A stretch of 35,867 nt of DNA, taken from positions 1-35,867 of the IMG/VR virus record IMGVR_UViG_3300001348_000041; one strand, written 5' to 3'. Under the pieces are notes generated by a model, which was not told the origin of the DNA, searched no databases, and saw nothing but the letters and a program-made list of their open reading frames with translations. The stretch is from a virus. Lineage: Duplodnaviria; Caudoviricetes. A program made the position numbers and the translations under genes. Below are positions 10,901 to 18,219 of the stretch, piece by piece; position 1 is the first letter of the stretch; each line of letters starts with the position of its first letter.

Positions 10901-11099
10901 ATCGTCATATACCAGAGAGTCTATAACTCCATTCACGGGAAATTATGTTGGTGATTATGTCGTACCTTACCTTGGAAACTATACCGCAGATTACACAGGT
11001 GATTATGGTAGAAATTTTGTAGGAAATTACTCAGGAACAACAATTGGACAAAGTACATCCACTGTAGAGACTTATACACTGTACTTACGAACTGCATAA
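4992..11099 (+). CDS. Giant mirror-repeat fibre-like protein B (2035 aa)
   Basis: Paralog of protein A (shared GNIGSY[QE]LRSSSQGVPT and TDTR motifs and C-terminal YTLYLR). Repeat region spans residues ~666-2016. Preceded by a late promoter. Confidence 0.85.
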   Translation: MAFSDIPIRIKESYQGGSNANFDANDLAQYSPTQEQILSYLAGKEILSYSPTNTTDNYTGYIGNGALGSLNTSANRSSIGNYIDTRYGQSDGTHPSSNISITTTTTDLFTRNPLFSSISSANNKLGSSGLPESGFKWPVIFDADLKSMRLPTFAETESFSDRINSYIATNTWPGTYYLGTSAPSDGDTWAVHQSSVFSDTLNTLAATNYNLYVKTDLASPPTTDANNRAIFSWMGNTESYDTDTTDVRNHGLNETIAMVTTTGVRYSAIYPNTVITEKQTDGTTSTLVTTSSTEPARGPINVTAGRSYYGDKPIELHKNDGGHALVPWSLRGREFGAFSDRYGDSTYFLFAKEACTVEFFVNETNGINGTATRTVSLSANTVTEETFTGIDGQWVFITSNKDIIVSAKEQQGDKLRIPPAVQTVYRSYDSYERTTVNTEPTDASGNSISDSNGYNVVAFRAGDGAGSDASQGLGEEFLSNTFSWGDALKDYNIVARDADTVVTVSYWNTSDNDWVVQEYHYMNANNMVARNGNDGPGTDGASGDQDGASTVSPFAGGANLWKFESNNPILVRVNDTAGDEELVMGWTSTLAEDGYDTGTFQGFREMTDYQMGFTFGQLAANRRATIGNIGSYELRSSSQGVPTASGTWTVRGTATDTRKDTSDVAYTRTRASNYTSVSTRDFARTRNSNFTRTSQRIRNSSYTGNYNRDFTGNYTADYTGDYSRTRVSSYSRGFVGNYSRDFVGNYSRTRTSNFTRNRVTPRNSNYTGNYLASRFSTFSADYTRTRDSSFTGNYAPNYVGNYSRDFVGNYARDFIGNYTGDFARTSTRVSTRGRVSNYTSVFTRDRTSAYTTVFTRDRVSAYTTDFTRTRVSSYSGVYSRTRVSSYTSTSTRTRVETYNRNFAGDYVGNYARNFAGEYSRNFVGNYSRDYTAEYAGDYVGNYSRNFGGDYTGDFTRSFEGNYSRNYVGNYARDFVGDFTGNYNRNFIAYFAGDFTGNYTRTSQRVSTRGRVSTYSRTRITPRNSSYTRLSVRNRSSAYTSVSTRNRSSAYTRSRPSTYTRNRSSAYTSVSTRTSTRTRNSAYTRSRVSAYTRTRPSSYSGAYTRLRLSAYTRTSSRTVAYAGNYSRVSTYTGNYSRAFAGNYTGNFLGNYARGFAGNYVGNYQRGFVGDYAGNYVGNYSRNFAGNYVGNYQRGFAGDFVGNFVGNYGRNLVFTGNFVGNYSRGFSGDFTGNYSRGFAGNYTGNYQRGFAGDFVGNYTGNYARNYAGNFTGNYARNYAGNFVGNFTGNYARNYAGNFTGNYTRVLYYVGNAAYTRVSVRYGSFARTQAFSRYYWPNAYFYTRNLYYVGTGYYTGNYSRGVAFSRTNSYTRTSTRTSSRAFTRVSTRTSTRTSARNYLRTSTRTSARNYLRTSTRTSTRTRNSAYTRTSTRTRNSAYTRQSTRLRLSSYTRTRATNYSRGSTYTRTRATNYTRTRLSAYTVTSTRTRTSSYNRTSTRTSTRVRLSSYARTSTRTRYSAYTRTRITDSTRSRVSTYTRARGSTLVFTRTRNSTFNYTGNYSRGFTGDYTGTYSRNFVGNYTRGFTGNYNRGFAGDYVGNYTGNYARTYVGNYGRTFVGNYSRVFAGDYTGNYARAFAGDYTGNYNRAFVGDFIGNYGRTFTGDYTGDYIGDYTRISTRVSAVTRTSAYTRTRITPRSSTYARTRGSSYARTRIENYTSLFTRVRTSSYARTSTRTSTSIRPSAYVRTRTSVYSRVRGSNYTRTSVRTRVSGYSRSFAGDYIGNYTRGFVGEYTGTYNRDFAGNYTGDFTRTFAGDYTGNFTRVFGGNYTGDFTRTFTGDYTGNYTSHYTTDFIVTRVSAYSRTRPSTYTRARTYANFVGETGTYAGGFTRIRPSSFAGNYTGNYAREYVGDFLRVSVGQYAGDFIGNYTADYVAHYARTRVSAFTRNRTSVYTRGFVAIYTRLRNSNFNRNRTSSYTRESITPFTGNYVGDYVVPYLGNYTADYTGDYGRNFVGNYSGTTIGQSTSTVETYTLYLRTA

Positions 11100-11141
11100 A
11101 TAATTGCACGATATATCATCGAAACAACTGAGGAGATTGAG

Positions 11142-11612
11142 ATGAGTAGTAGAAAATGGTTAGATAATGCTTTTTGGGAAACTGAAGACAAGAAAGAATT
11201 AAACTGTATTTTAGAATTAGAAGACGATATTGGCCGAGTGACTAGACAGGTCATGCGTCTGAATCAGTTAGATAAAGAAGGTAATGTTAACGAGGATTAT
11301 GAAGAAGTCGTTGAGGTATTAACTGAAAAGTTAATTGACGATAATACGTCTGATCGTAAGGTTCGTAAGAAACAAGAGAAGGAAGAGAAACAACAACGTG
11401 ACGTTGAACACGCGAAGGCACGTAAACTTGAAGATCTTTTCAACTATAAGATGGAAGCGTTCGAAGTAGAAGAAGTAAAATCTTCGAAGAACCGTAAACT
11501 GAAAGCAAAACTTAGACGTGCAAAGAGTAGAATCGAAGTTGACATGTACGCGATTATGATTCTCCAAGATAGTATAGCTTTGGAAGAGGCAGAGGTCGAT
11601 GGAAAAGAGTAA
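11142..11612 (+). CDS. Hypothetical charged, coiled-coil-rich protein (possible fibre chaperone)
   Basis: Strong RBS (gaggag), K/E-rich helical C-terminal half, overlaps the next gene. Confidence 0.65.
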   Translation: MSSRKWLDNAFWETEDKKELNCILELEDDIGRVTRQVMRLNQLDKEGNVNEDYEEVVEVLTEKLIDDNTSDRKVRKKQEKEEKQQRDVEHAKARKLEDLFNYKMEAFEVEEVKSSKNRKLKAKLRRAKSRIEVDMYAIMILQDSIALEEAEVDGKE

Positions 11613-12324
11613 GGGTATTGTAATTGTTGCATCGAACAAACCAAACTTTTATGTTTATGCAATCAACCTGATAGATTCTATACGTGACTACCACGAAGAT
11701 GCCAACATTACATTGGTATGTGAACCTTGGATGATCGATGAACGTGCAGAAGACTTAGCGGATAATATTATACATTGCGACAACCACTACCGTGCCAAAC
11801 TATGGGGCATGGCGAAATCTCCTTATGATATAACAATGTATATTGACGCTGATATGGAATGTGAACACGAAGACATCGCAAAGGTCTACGATGAGTTAGG
11901 TGACTATGATGTCATGTTCTCTGAATTGACAGATGATCGTGATTACATTTATGCTGAACGAGACTTCAGTACTCCCGAAGGGCCCGCGAAGTTTACTCTT
12001 TGTGGGGGTGTTTGTCTTTACGACATGACCAAACCTATTGTCCGTGAGTTCATGGATGACTGGTGGGATTTGACTCGTAGACAGATGAATGACTCTTGGT
12101 GGCCAGAAGGATATGCAGACAGTCTCAAGTCTTGGGATCAGTTCTCTCTTTGGTGGTTAACTGAGAAAGACCCGAAGTACAAGGATCTGAAAGTAGGAAT
12201 ATTTAAAGATGATTTGCGTTGGAATTACTATAACGCATTTAATTGGCAAAAAACTAGACCAGAAGGTGAAGTTGTACTGAGACATTACTCTTGCGGTCTG
12301 GATAAAGACGGACATATTTTATGA
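11599..12324 (+). CDS. GT-A fold glycosyltransferase (GT8 or nucleotide-diphosphosugar transferase-like)
   Basis: N-terminal KGIVIVA strand and A..LI.SIR helix, K..SPYD.TMYIDAD (DxD motif), GGV, DQ..L and a C-terminal RHY. Confidence 0.8.
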   Translation: MEKSKGIVIVASNKPNFYVYAINLIDSIRDYHEDANITLVCEPWMIDERAEDLADNIIHCDNHYRAKLWGMAKSPYDITMYIDADMECEHEDIAKVYDELGDYDVMFSELTDDRDYIYAERDFSTPEGPAKFTLCGGVCLYDMTKPIVREFMDDWWDLTRRQMNDSWWPEGYADSLKSWDQFSLWWLTEKDPKYKDLKVGIFKDDLRWNYYNAFNWQKTRPEGEVVLRHYSCGLDKDGHIL

Positions 12325-13034
12325 GTGAAGTAGACTATAGGATGCAAACCATCCCTATTAATAATCCAGAGTTAATTCAAATTCTTGATGACTATAGGAA
12401 AGCTAGAGAACTCGATGGGTTCGAAGAGTATATGCATTTGTCATGCAAAAATGTTTCCGACAAAAAGGACTACTTTACTGGCCCCGAATATCTTCAAGAA
12501 ATTATTGCACAAGGTCAACGACACGAAGGATTCCCAGATCAAATGTATGGTTATGAGTTTCGAGTTAATACTAAACTGCATAGATTCTTTAAAAATGACT
12601 TTGCTCAATCTACTCACGAAGCGGGATTCCGTTCTGATTTTATGAAGTTGTTGACGGAAACGAATACCAAGATGATTAATTTCATGGGTTGTCGTAACAA
12701 TGCATTATCTGCTGCGTACCCAAAAGACGGATTTATCGCTTGGCATAACAATGCGAATGCAGCTGCGTGGAATATGATTTTCACATACAGTGAAACAGGT
12801 GATGGTTGTTTCAAGTATTGGGATTTAGAAAAACAAGAGATCGTGGTCATGCAAGATAAGCCAGGTTGGCAGTTGAAAGCGGGATACTTCGGTAGTTATA
12901 GAGAAGAAGATAAAATTTTCTATCATGCTGCAGAGACTAATTGCTGGCGACAAACCGTTTCTTTTTGTTTCGATGCGTCATCGACTTCACAACAATTCCG
13001 TGAAGAAATAATAGATGAAATAATGTCGGAATAA
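12321..13034 (+). CDS. 2OG-Fe(II) oxygenase-like (double-stranded beta-helix) protein, HxN variant
   Basis: YPKDGFIAWHNN, a distal YH and WRQTVSF match the HxD...H...RxS layout, with Asn in place of Asp. Confidence 0.6.
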   Translation: MSEVDYRMQTIPINNPELIQILDDYRKARELDGFEEYMHLSCKNVSDKKDYFTGPEYLQEIIAQGQRHEGFPDQMYGYEFRVNTKLHRFFKNDFAQSTHEAGFRSDFMKLLTETNTKMINFMGCRNNALSAAYPKDGFIAWHNNANAAAWNMIFTYSETGDGCFKYWDLEKQEIVVMQDKPGWQLKAGYFGSYREEDKIFYHAAETNCWRQTVSFCFDASSTSQQFREEIIDEIMSE

Positions 13035-13047
13035 AGAACCTAATTGT

Positions 13048-13055
13048 TATAAATA
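13048..13055 (+). promoter_or_regulatory. T4-type late promoter
   Basis: Intergenic TATAAATA. Confidence 0.85.
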
Positions 13056-13092
13056 AAGCAAGACAAGAAAACATTTTTTAAAGACGGAACTA

Positions 13093-13449
13093 ATGGCAGA
13101 ATACGAAGACTTTAACATTGACCAAGGTGCAGATGTTGCAATTGAATTGCATCTTCAGAACACTGACGGTACTAAAAAAGACTTGACCGCACATACAGTC
13201 ACGTCTAAAATGAAAAGAAATTACAATGCTGGCGCAGAAGGCACGGTAGAATTTACTACAACCCTCGCTAATCCGCCAACTAATGGAGTAGCAATACTCG
13301 CATTGACAAACGAACAGACTGATCAATTGGTCACGACTGGTCGTTACGTATATGATGTAGAAGTTTCTTATGTGGATGAAGACAATAATATTATTATTGA
13401 ACGTGTCCTCGAAGGAAAAATAAAAGTTAACCCATCAGTTACACGATAG
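13093..13449 (+). CDS. Small virion structural protein (Ig-like, BppU-N-like adaptor)
   Basis: IDQGAD...DLT...G...L.LT..QT..L..GRYVYDV...RVLEG.I.V.P.VT pattern common in T4-like tail regions. Confidence 0.7.
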   Translation: MAEYEDFNIDQGADVAIELHLQNTDGTKKDLTAHTVTSKMKRNYNAGAEGTVEFTTTLANPPTNGVAILALTNEQTDQLVTTGRYVYDVEVSYVDEDNNIIIERVLEGKIKVNPSVTR

Positions 13450-13462
13450 GGGAAAGGGAAAG

Positions 13463-13687
13463 ATGGCGGTTATAGTTACTACTAACGGAACGACTAGAGT
13501 AAAGAAAGTTATTGTAGGTCGTCCCGTGAGAAGAATTAACAGTGCTACTGGCAATATCAACAACTTGGCGGGAGTTGATACGTCCGGTGCAGTGCAAGGT
13601 AGTGTCCTCGTTTATGATGAAACATCTTCCAACTTTATAGCAATCACAGACTTAGAAGATCAAAATCTTAACGGAGGCCAATACTAA
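13463..13687 (+). CDS. Small tail-associated hypothetical protein
   Basis: L..VD...GSVLVYD repeat unit and a C-terminal NGGQY resembling the DGGTY end of the next gene. Confidence 0.6.
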   Translation: MAVIVTTNGTTRVKKVIVGRPVRRINSATGNINNLAGVDTSGAVQGSVLVYDETSSNFIAITDLEDQNLNGGQY

Positions 13688-15468
13688 TGGCAAGTAAAAT
13701 TCTAATAAAACGTTCGGGAAGCGCTGGTGCTCCCTCTGCGTTACGTTCAGGTGAAATGGCATATAGTTATGCTACTGGACATCAAAAATTATTTATAGGT
13801 TGGGGCGCAGAAACAACGCCTGGCGAAGCGGACAACATCGGTGTTATCGGTGGTGTTTACTTCACTAGTATGTTGGATCATGCTGCCGGTACACTGACCG
13901 CATCGTCAGCGTTGATTGTTGATGCTAACAAAAAGATTGACAACTTAAAAGTAGATAACCTCGATCTTAATCTCAACACAATCAGCACAACAAATGCTAA
14001 CGGTAGTCTTGTTTTAGATCCAAATGGAACAGGTAGTGTTGATGTCAGTTCGTCTAAGATTATCAATGTTACTGATCCAACTGCTAATACTGACGCAGCT
14101 ACTAAATCATATGTTGACACTCAGGTAGGTAATGTTGTATCGGACTTCACTATCAGTGATGGAACAGACTCAGATGTATTTACTACTGGTCAGACATTAA
14201 CGTTTGACGGTGGAACAGGTATAACTTCAACAGTAACAGATAACCAAGTTAGTCTCGCCATCACTAACACAGGTGTGACCGCCGCCACCTATGGTACTAC
14301 TACTGCAATTCCTGCGATCACTATAAACGCACAAGGTCAAATTACTTCTGCAACTACTAACTCGATCTCAACTACTCTGGCAGTTGCAGTAGATAATGCT
14401 GGTGCCGCTGGAGACTCTTCTGGTACAATCGCATTAGGTTCTGATACATTAACGTTTGTTGGTGATTCATCTCAAGGTATTGAAGTCTCTTTCAATAATG
14501 AAGATAAGAAACTTACTATTTCAAGCGAAGATGCAACAGTAACTAATAAGGGTGTTGCAAGTTTTGCTACGGCAGACTTTGGAGTTTCGAGTGGTGAGGT
14601 AACTATTAAGGCTGGTGGTGTATCGAATACACAACTTGCTGGTTCTATTGCAAACGGCAAACTGACAAATAGTTCATTAACCGTTACTGCGGGTGACGGT
14701 CTTGGTGGTGGTGGTTCAGTAGCACTTGGTAGTTCAGTATCTCTTAATGTAAACGTAGATGACTCTACTATTGAGACAAATGCCGATACACTCCGTGTTA
14801 AAGACAGTGGTATTACTAACGCTAAACTTGCAAACGACAGTCTCACAATTGGTACTACTGAAATTGCACTTGGTGCATCATCCACAGTACTTGCTGGTTT
14901 AACTCAGATCGATGTCGATAATATCCGAATCAAGGATAACACAATCAGTACAACTGATGCTGGTGACACGACACTTTTCATAAATCCCAACCCTGTTGGT
15001 GATTCTGGTACAGTTATTATCCAAGGTGACTTGACGGTTCGTGGTACTACAACAACCATCAACTCCACAGAAGTTACTATCAATGACTTGACACTTGGTC
15101 TTGCAGATAGCGCTGATAATGCTGCAGCTGCAGATGGTGCTGGTCTTATCGTTGGTTCCGGATCATTCTCAGGTGGAACCCGTCCAACGTTCTTGTATGA
15201 AGCATCTGGTGACAAGTGGATAGCTAACAAAACCCTTGACGCAACTATCCTTGGTATGTCCGAGACGATCGATGACCGTGTATCAAGTCTATTGTTGGCT
15301 GGTGAAGGAATCGACCTTACCTATGATGATAATGGTGGTTCATTAACTGTTACCGCAGAAACCGCGACTGATACCAATCTAGGTGTTGCGAAGTTCCCAA
15401 CTGCGAACTTTACGTTAACATCCGGATCTGTTGCGATCAGTACAATTGACGGTGGAACATACTCATAA
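13687..15468 (+). CDS. Tail fibre protein
   Basis: N-terminal IKRS..P..L..GEMAY..LFIG module, DAATKSYVD, G/T/S-rich beta repeats, GDLTVRGTTTTINST and C-terminal IDGGTY. Confidence 0.8.
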   Translation: MASKILIKRSGSAGAPSALRSGEMAYSYATGHQKLFIGWGAETTPGEADNIGVIGGVYFTSMLDHAAGTLTASSALIVDANKKIDNLKVDNLDLNLNTISTTNANGSLVLDPNGTGSVDVSSSKIINVTDPTANTDAATKSYVDTQVGNVVSDFTISDGTDSDVFTTGQTLTFDGGTGITSTVTDNQVSLAITNTGVTAATYGTTTAIPAITINAQGQITSATTNSISTTLAVAVDNAGAAGDSSGTIALGSDTLTFVGDSSQGIEVSFNNEDKKLTISSEDATVTNKGVASFATADFGVSSGEVTIKAGGVSNTQLAGSIANGKLTNSSLTVTAGDGLGGGGSVALGSSVSLNVNVDDSTIETNADTLRVKDSGITNAKLANDSLTIGTTEIALGASSTVLAGLTQIDVDNIRIKDNTISTTDAGDTTLFINPNPVGDSGTVIIQGDLTVRGTTTTINSTEVTINDLTLGLADSADNAAAADGAGLIVGSGSFSGGTRPTFLYEASGDKWIANKTLDATILGMSETIDDRVSSLLLAGEGIDLTYDDNGGSLTVTAETATDTNLGVAKFPTANFTLTSGSVAISTIDGGTYS

Positions 15469-15479
15469 ATAAGTGTACC

Positions 15480-15497
15480 GACTCCCTTCGGGGAGTC
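15480..15497 (+). terminator. cUUCGg stem-loop (weak terminator or RNA stabiliser)
   Basis: gactccc-ttcg-gggagtc just after the fibre stop codon, with no clear U-tract. Confidence 0.55.
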
Positions 15498-15525
15498 TAA
15501 ACTTATAATTATTCGGAGATAGGTC

Positions 15526-15726
15526 TTGAGTACAACTATTAAACATAAGAAGAGCACGGTCAAGGGCGTTGCGCCTGGCACCAGTGATCTCGTTCTAGGT
15601 GAAATTGCGATAAATACCAACGAAGGTATAATTTATATAAAGACCGAAGACTCTAGTAGTGCGGTAGATATCATAGATTTTAATCAACTCAGAGTATATA
15701 ACTCTTCGGGTACAAGGATCAATTAA
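15526..15726 (+). CDS. Small protein made of the fibre N-terminal module plus a short C-terminal motif
   Basis: IKHKKS..P...L.LGEIAINT..G.IYIK, TTG start after ggag, stop overlaps the gp13 start. Confidence 0.6.
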   Translation: MSTTIKHKKSTVKGVAPGTSDLVLGEIAINTNEGIIYIKTEDSSSAVDIIDFNQLRVYNSSGTRIN

Positions 15727-16484
15727 TGGCCAGTCCAAATTCTAGACAAGAGATGATCGATTACTGCTTGCGTAGTTTGGGTTCACCCGTGATCGAAATA
15801 AACTGTGATGACGAACAAATCGAAGATCGTGTCGATGAAGCTATGCAATGGTTCCGTGAGAATCACCCAGACGGATCTCGTAGACACTACATGTCATTCG
15901 CCTTAACACAAGACGATATAGACAACGGTTACGTTGATCTGGCGGACGATAGTATCACTACTGTTGTACGTGTATTCCCAATCAATACTGTTTCTCAATC
16001 AACAAATTTCTTTGACATCAAATATCAAATGATGTTGAATGACGTGACCGACCTAAATAACTTTGCCGGTGATATCGCATACTACGAACAAATGCAACAA
16101 CATCTATCGTTACTCGACATGAAACTGACGGGTATTCCAGAGATGACACATGACCGACAAGGTAATCGTCTGTACTTCTATGTGAGTAGTGAGAAACTTT
16201 CGGTCGGTGATAATATTGTATGTGAAGTTTACGGGATACGAACTCCCGATTCTACTACAGAATACAATTCATTGTGGAACCATAAGTTCCTTAAAGAGTA
16301 TACCACAAGTCTCATTAAAAGGCAATGGGGAACTAACCTATTAAAGTTTGATGGTATGACCTTGCCTGGCGGTGTTCAGATCAACGGACGTTCTATCTTT
16401 GAGGACGCGAATAACGAGATCGAACAAATTAAAGTTAGGTTTAGGGAAGAGGAAGATGTAGGCCCTATCTTCTTCGTAGGATAA
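15726..16484 (+). CDS. gp13: Neck protein gp13
   Basis: YCLRSLGSPVIEIN and KRQWGTNL.KFDGM.LPGG motifs; gene order. Confidence 0.92.
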   Translation: MASPNSRQEMIDYCLRSLGSPVIEINCDDEQIEDRVDEAMQWFRENHPDGSRRHYMSFALTQDDIDNGYVDLADDSITTVVRVFPINTVSQSTNFFDIKYQMMLNDVTDLNNFAGDIAYYEQMQQHLSLLDMKLTGIPEMTHDRQGNRLYFYVSSEKLSVGDNIVCEVYGIRTPDSTTEYNSLWNHKFLKEYTTSLIKRQWGTNLLKFDGMTLPGGVQINGRSIFEDANNEIEQIKVRFREEEDVGPIFFVG

Positions 16485-16485
16485 C

Positions 16486-18219
16486 ATGGCAACAAATCCA
16501 TATATAAGTAAAAAGGTACGTTCAGAACAACACCTATATGAAGACATCGTAATCGAGTCTTTAAAGTTCTATGGTGAGGACGTATACTATCTCCCACGTG
16601 AGATTGTCAACAAGGATAAGATCTTTGGTGACGACATTCCCTCACGTTTTTCTGACGCCTACAAGATTGAGATGTACATCGAAAACCAAGAAGGTTTTGA
16701 TGGAGAGGGAGACCTGTTCACTAAATTCGGTATTGAGTTACGTGACCAAGCAACCTTTGTTGTCGCACGTAGACGTTGGAAGAAGATGGTGGGTGACAAT
16801 CTGGCTGAGAACGGTTTCCGTCCTCGTGAGGGTGATGTCATCTATCTACCTATGTCGGAGTCTATGTTCGAAGTTCTCAAGGTAGAGACTGAGACGCCAT
16901 TCTATCAGTTGAGTAACCTACCTACATTCCGTATGCAGTGTGAGTTATTCGAATACAGCGATGAAGACTTTGATACTGATATTGCATCTATTGATGCGGT
17001 AGAGTATGAAGGTGCGTTCCAGTATAAAGTTACAATGAATACAAGTGATCAGAATCTTCCTTCGTTGACACCAGTACTGGACGATCAAGGTAGAATCAGT
17101 GAAGTTACGGTCAATTCATCGGGATCTGGTTATACCTCCGCACCTGTATTGAATTTCCCTGTTATCTCGAATCAGTCAGTATTTGGCGCATCATCTTTCC
17201 ACGCATTCCTTGGTCACGGCGACGAAAGACAGTATCTATTGTCTAGTAATATTGGTACGGTAGAACTATTCTTTAAGGTTAGAAATCTACCTACAAGTGG
17301 TCAACAAGCATTGTTGTACACAGGCGGAAATGACTTGAAGTCACAACAAGTGATCGGTGTTAATCAGTCGGGTAATGTCGTCTATTCTTATAATGATAAT
17401 GACGGACAAGGTCAGAAAGAATTAAGCGGAACTTCCGTCTCTATATCTGGTTGGAACCACTTCTTATTTGGTGTTGATAATGACAGTGCCGGTGGAGATC
17501 CTAAACGAGTATATGCGTACCTAAATGGTACAGAACTTTTGGATTCGGTTTCACCTGTCTCGCATGACCTTATCAATGGTACTGGATATGCGGTCGGTGG
17601 TTTGGCTGCACGTATTGCAGACAGTATCGAATATGGAATCTTTGATGGTTATATCGATGAGTTCCGTGGCTTAGCGGGTAATCGTGCAACTATTCTGGAT
17701 AGCCGACTCGACAGTAACTCAGAATTGATAGTCCCAACATCTCCGTATGATAGTGATGTTAATACTGCTAAGATTAATAGTGCTGACGGTACTAACGCTG
17801 TATTGACTGCGGTACTGTCCAACGGTGGTGTCGGTTCTGTCGATATCGTTAATGCTGGTTTACATTACACTTCTGTCCCAACAATAACTATAGACGCACC
17901 TACCGATGGTGGTCAGTTCGTTGTCGGTGAAACTGTAACTCAGACCAACTCTGAATACACAATCAAAGGTGAAGTTACTAGATGGAATGATAGTGATCGT
18001 ATATTACAACTTGCTCATGTTGGTAGTACAGACGGAAAATATCGTACATTCACTGACACTACACCAATAGTCGGAGTATCGTCCGAAGCAGAGTGGGTTC
18101 CGAAACTTGTAGAAGAACTACAAGAAATTCAACAGACAGCCCAAAATAAAATATTTGATGATTTTGAGTCAGACTTCTTAGACTTCTCAGAATCCAATCC
18201 ATTTGGAGATTTGTTCTAA
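16486..18219 (+). CDS. gp14: Neck protein gp14 with a large internal insertion
   Basis: G.DVYYLPRE, FTKFGIE, RPREGDVIY and CELFEYS motifs and C-terminal DFSESNPFG. Confidence 0.9.
   Translation: MATNPYISKKVRSEQHLYEDIVIESLKFYGEDVYYLPREIVNKDKIFGDDIPSRFSDAYKIEMYIENQEGFDGEGDLFTKFGIELRDQATFVVARRRWKKMVGDNLAENGFRPREGDVIYLPMSESMFEVLKVETETPFYQLSNLPTFRMQCELFEYSDEDFDTDIASIDAVEYEGAFQYKVTMNTSDQNLPSLTPVLDDQGRISEVTVNSSGSGYTSAPVLNFPVISNQSVFGASSFHAFLGHGDERQYLLSSNIGTVELFFKVRNLPTSGQQALLYTGGNDLKSQQVIGVNQSGNVVYSYNDNDGQGQKELSGTSVSISGWNHFLFGVDNDSAGGDPKRVYAYLNGTELLDSVSPVSHDLINGTGYAVGGLAARIADSIEYGIFDGYIDEFRGLAGNRATILDSRLDSNSELIVPTSPYDSDVNTAKINSADGTNAVLTAVLSNGGVGSVDIVNAGLHYTSVPTITIDAPTDGGQFVVGETVTQTNSEYTIKGEVTRWNDSDRILQLAHVGSTDGKYRTFTDTTPIVGVSSEAEWVPKLVEELQEIQQTAQNKIFDDFESDFLDFSESNPFGDLF

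Noticed and set aside
6987-11039. A DNA-level inverted repeat as the explanation for the mirror symmetry
   Set aside because: Spot checks of mirror positions (8761..8880 against 9110..9230) show no reverse-complement match, so the symmetry appears to be at the amino-acid level. A full dot-plot was not run.
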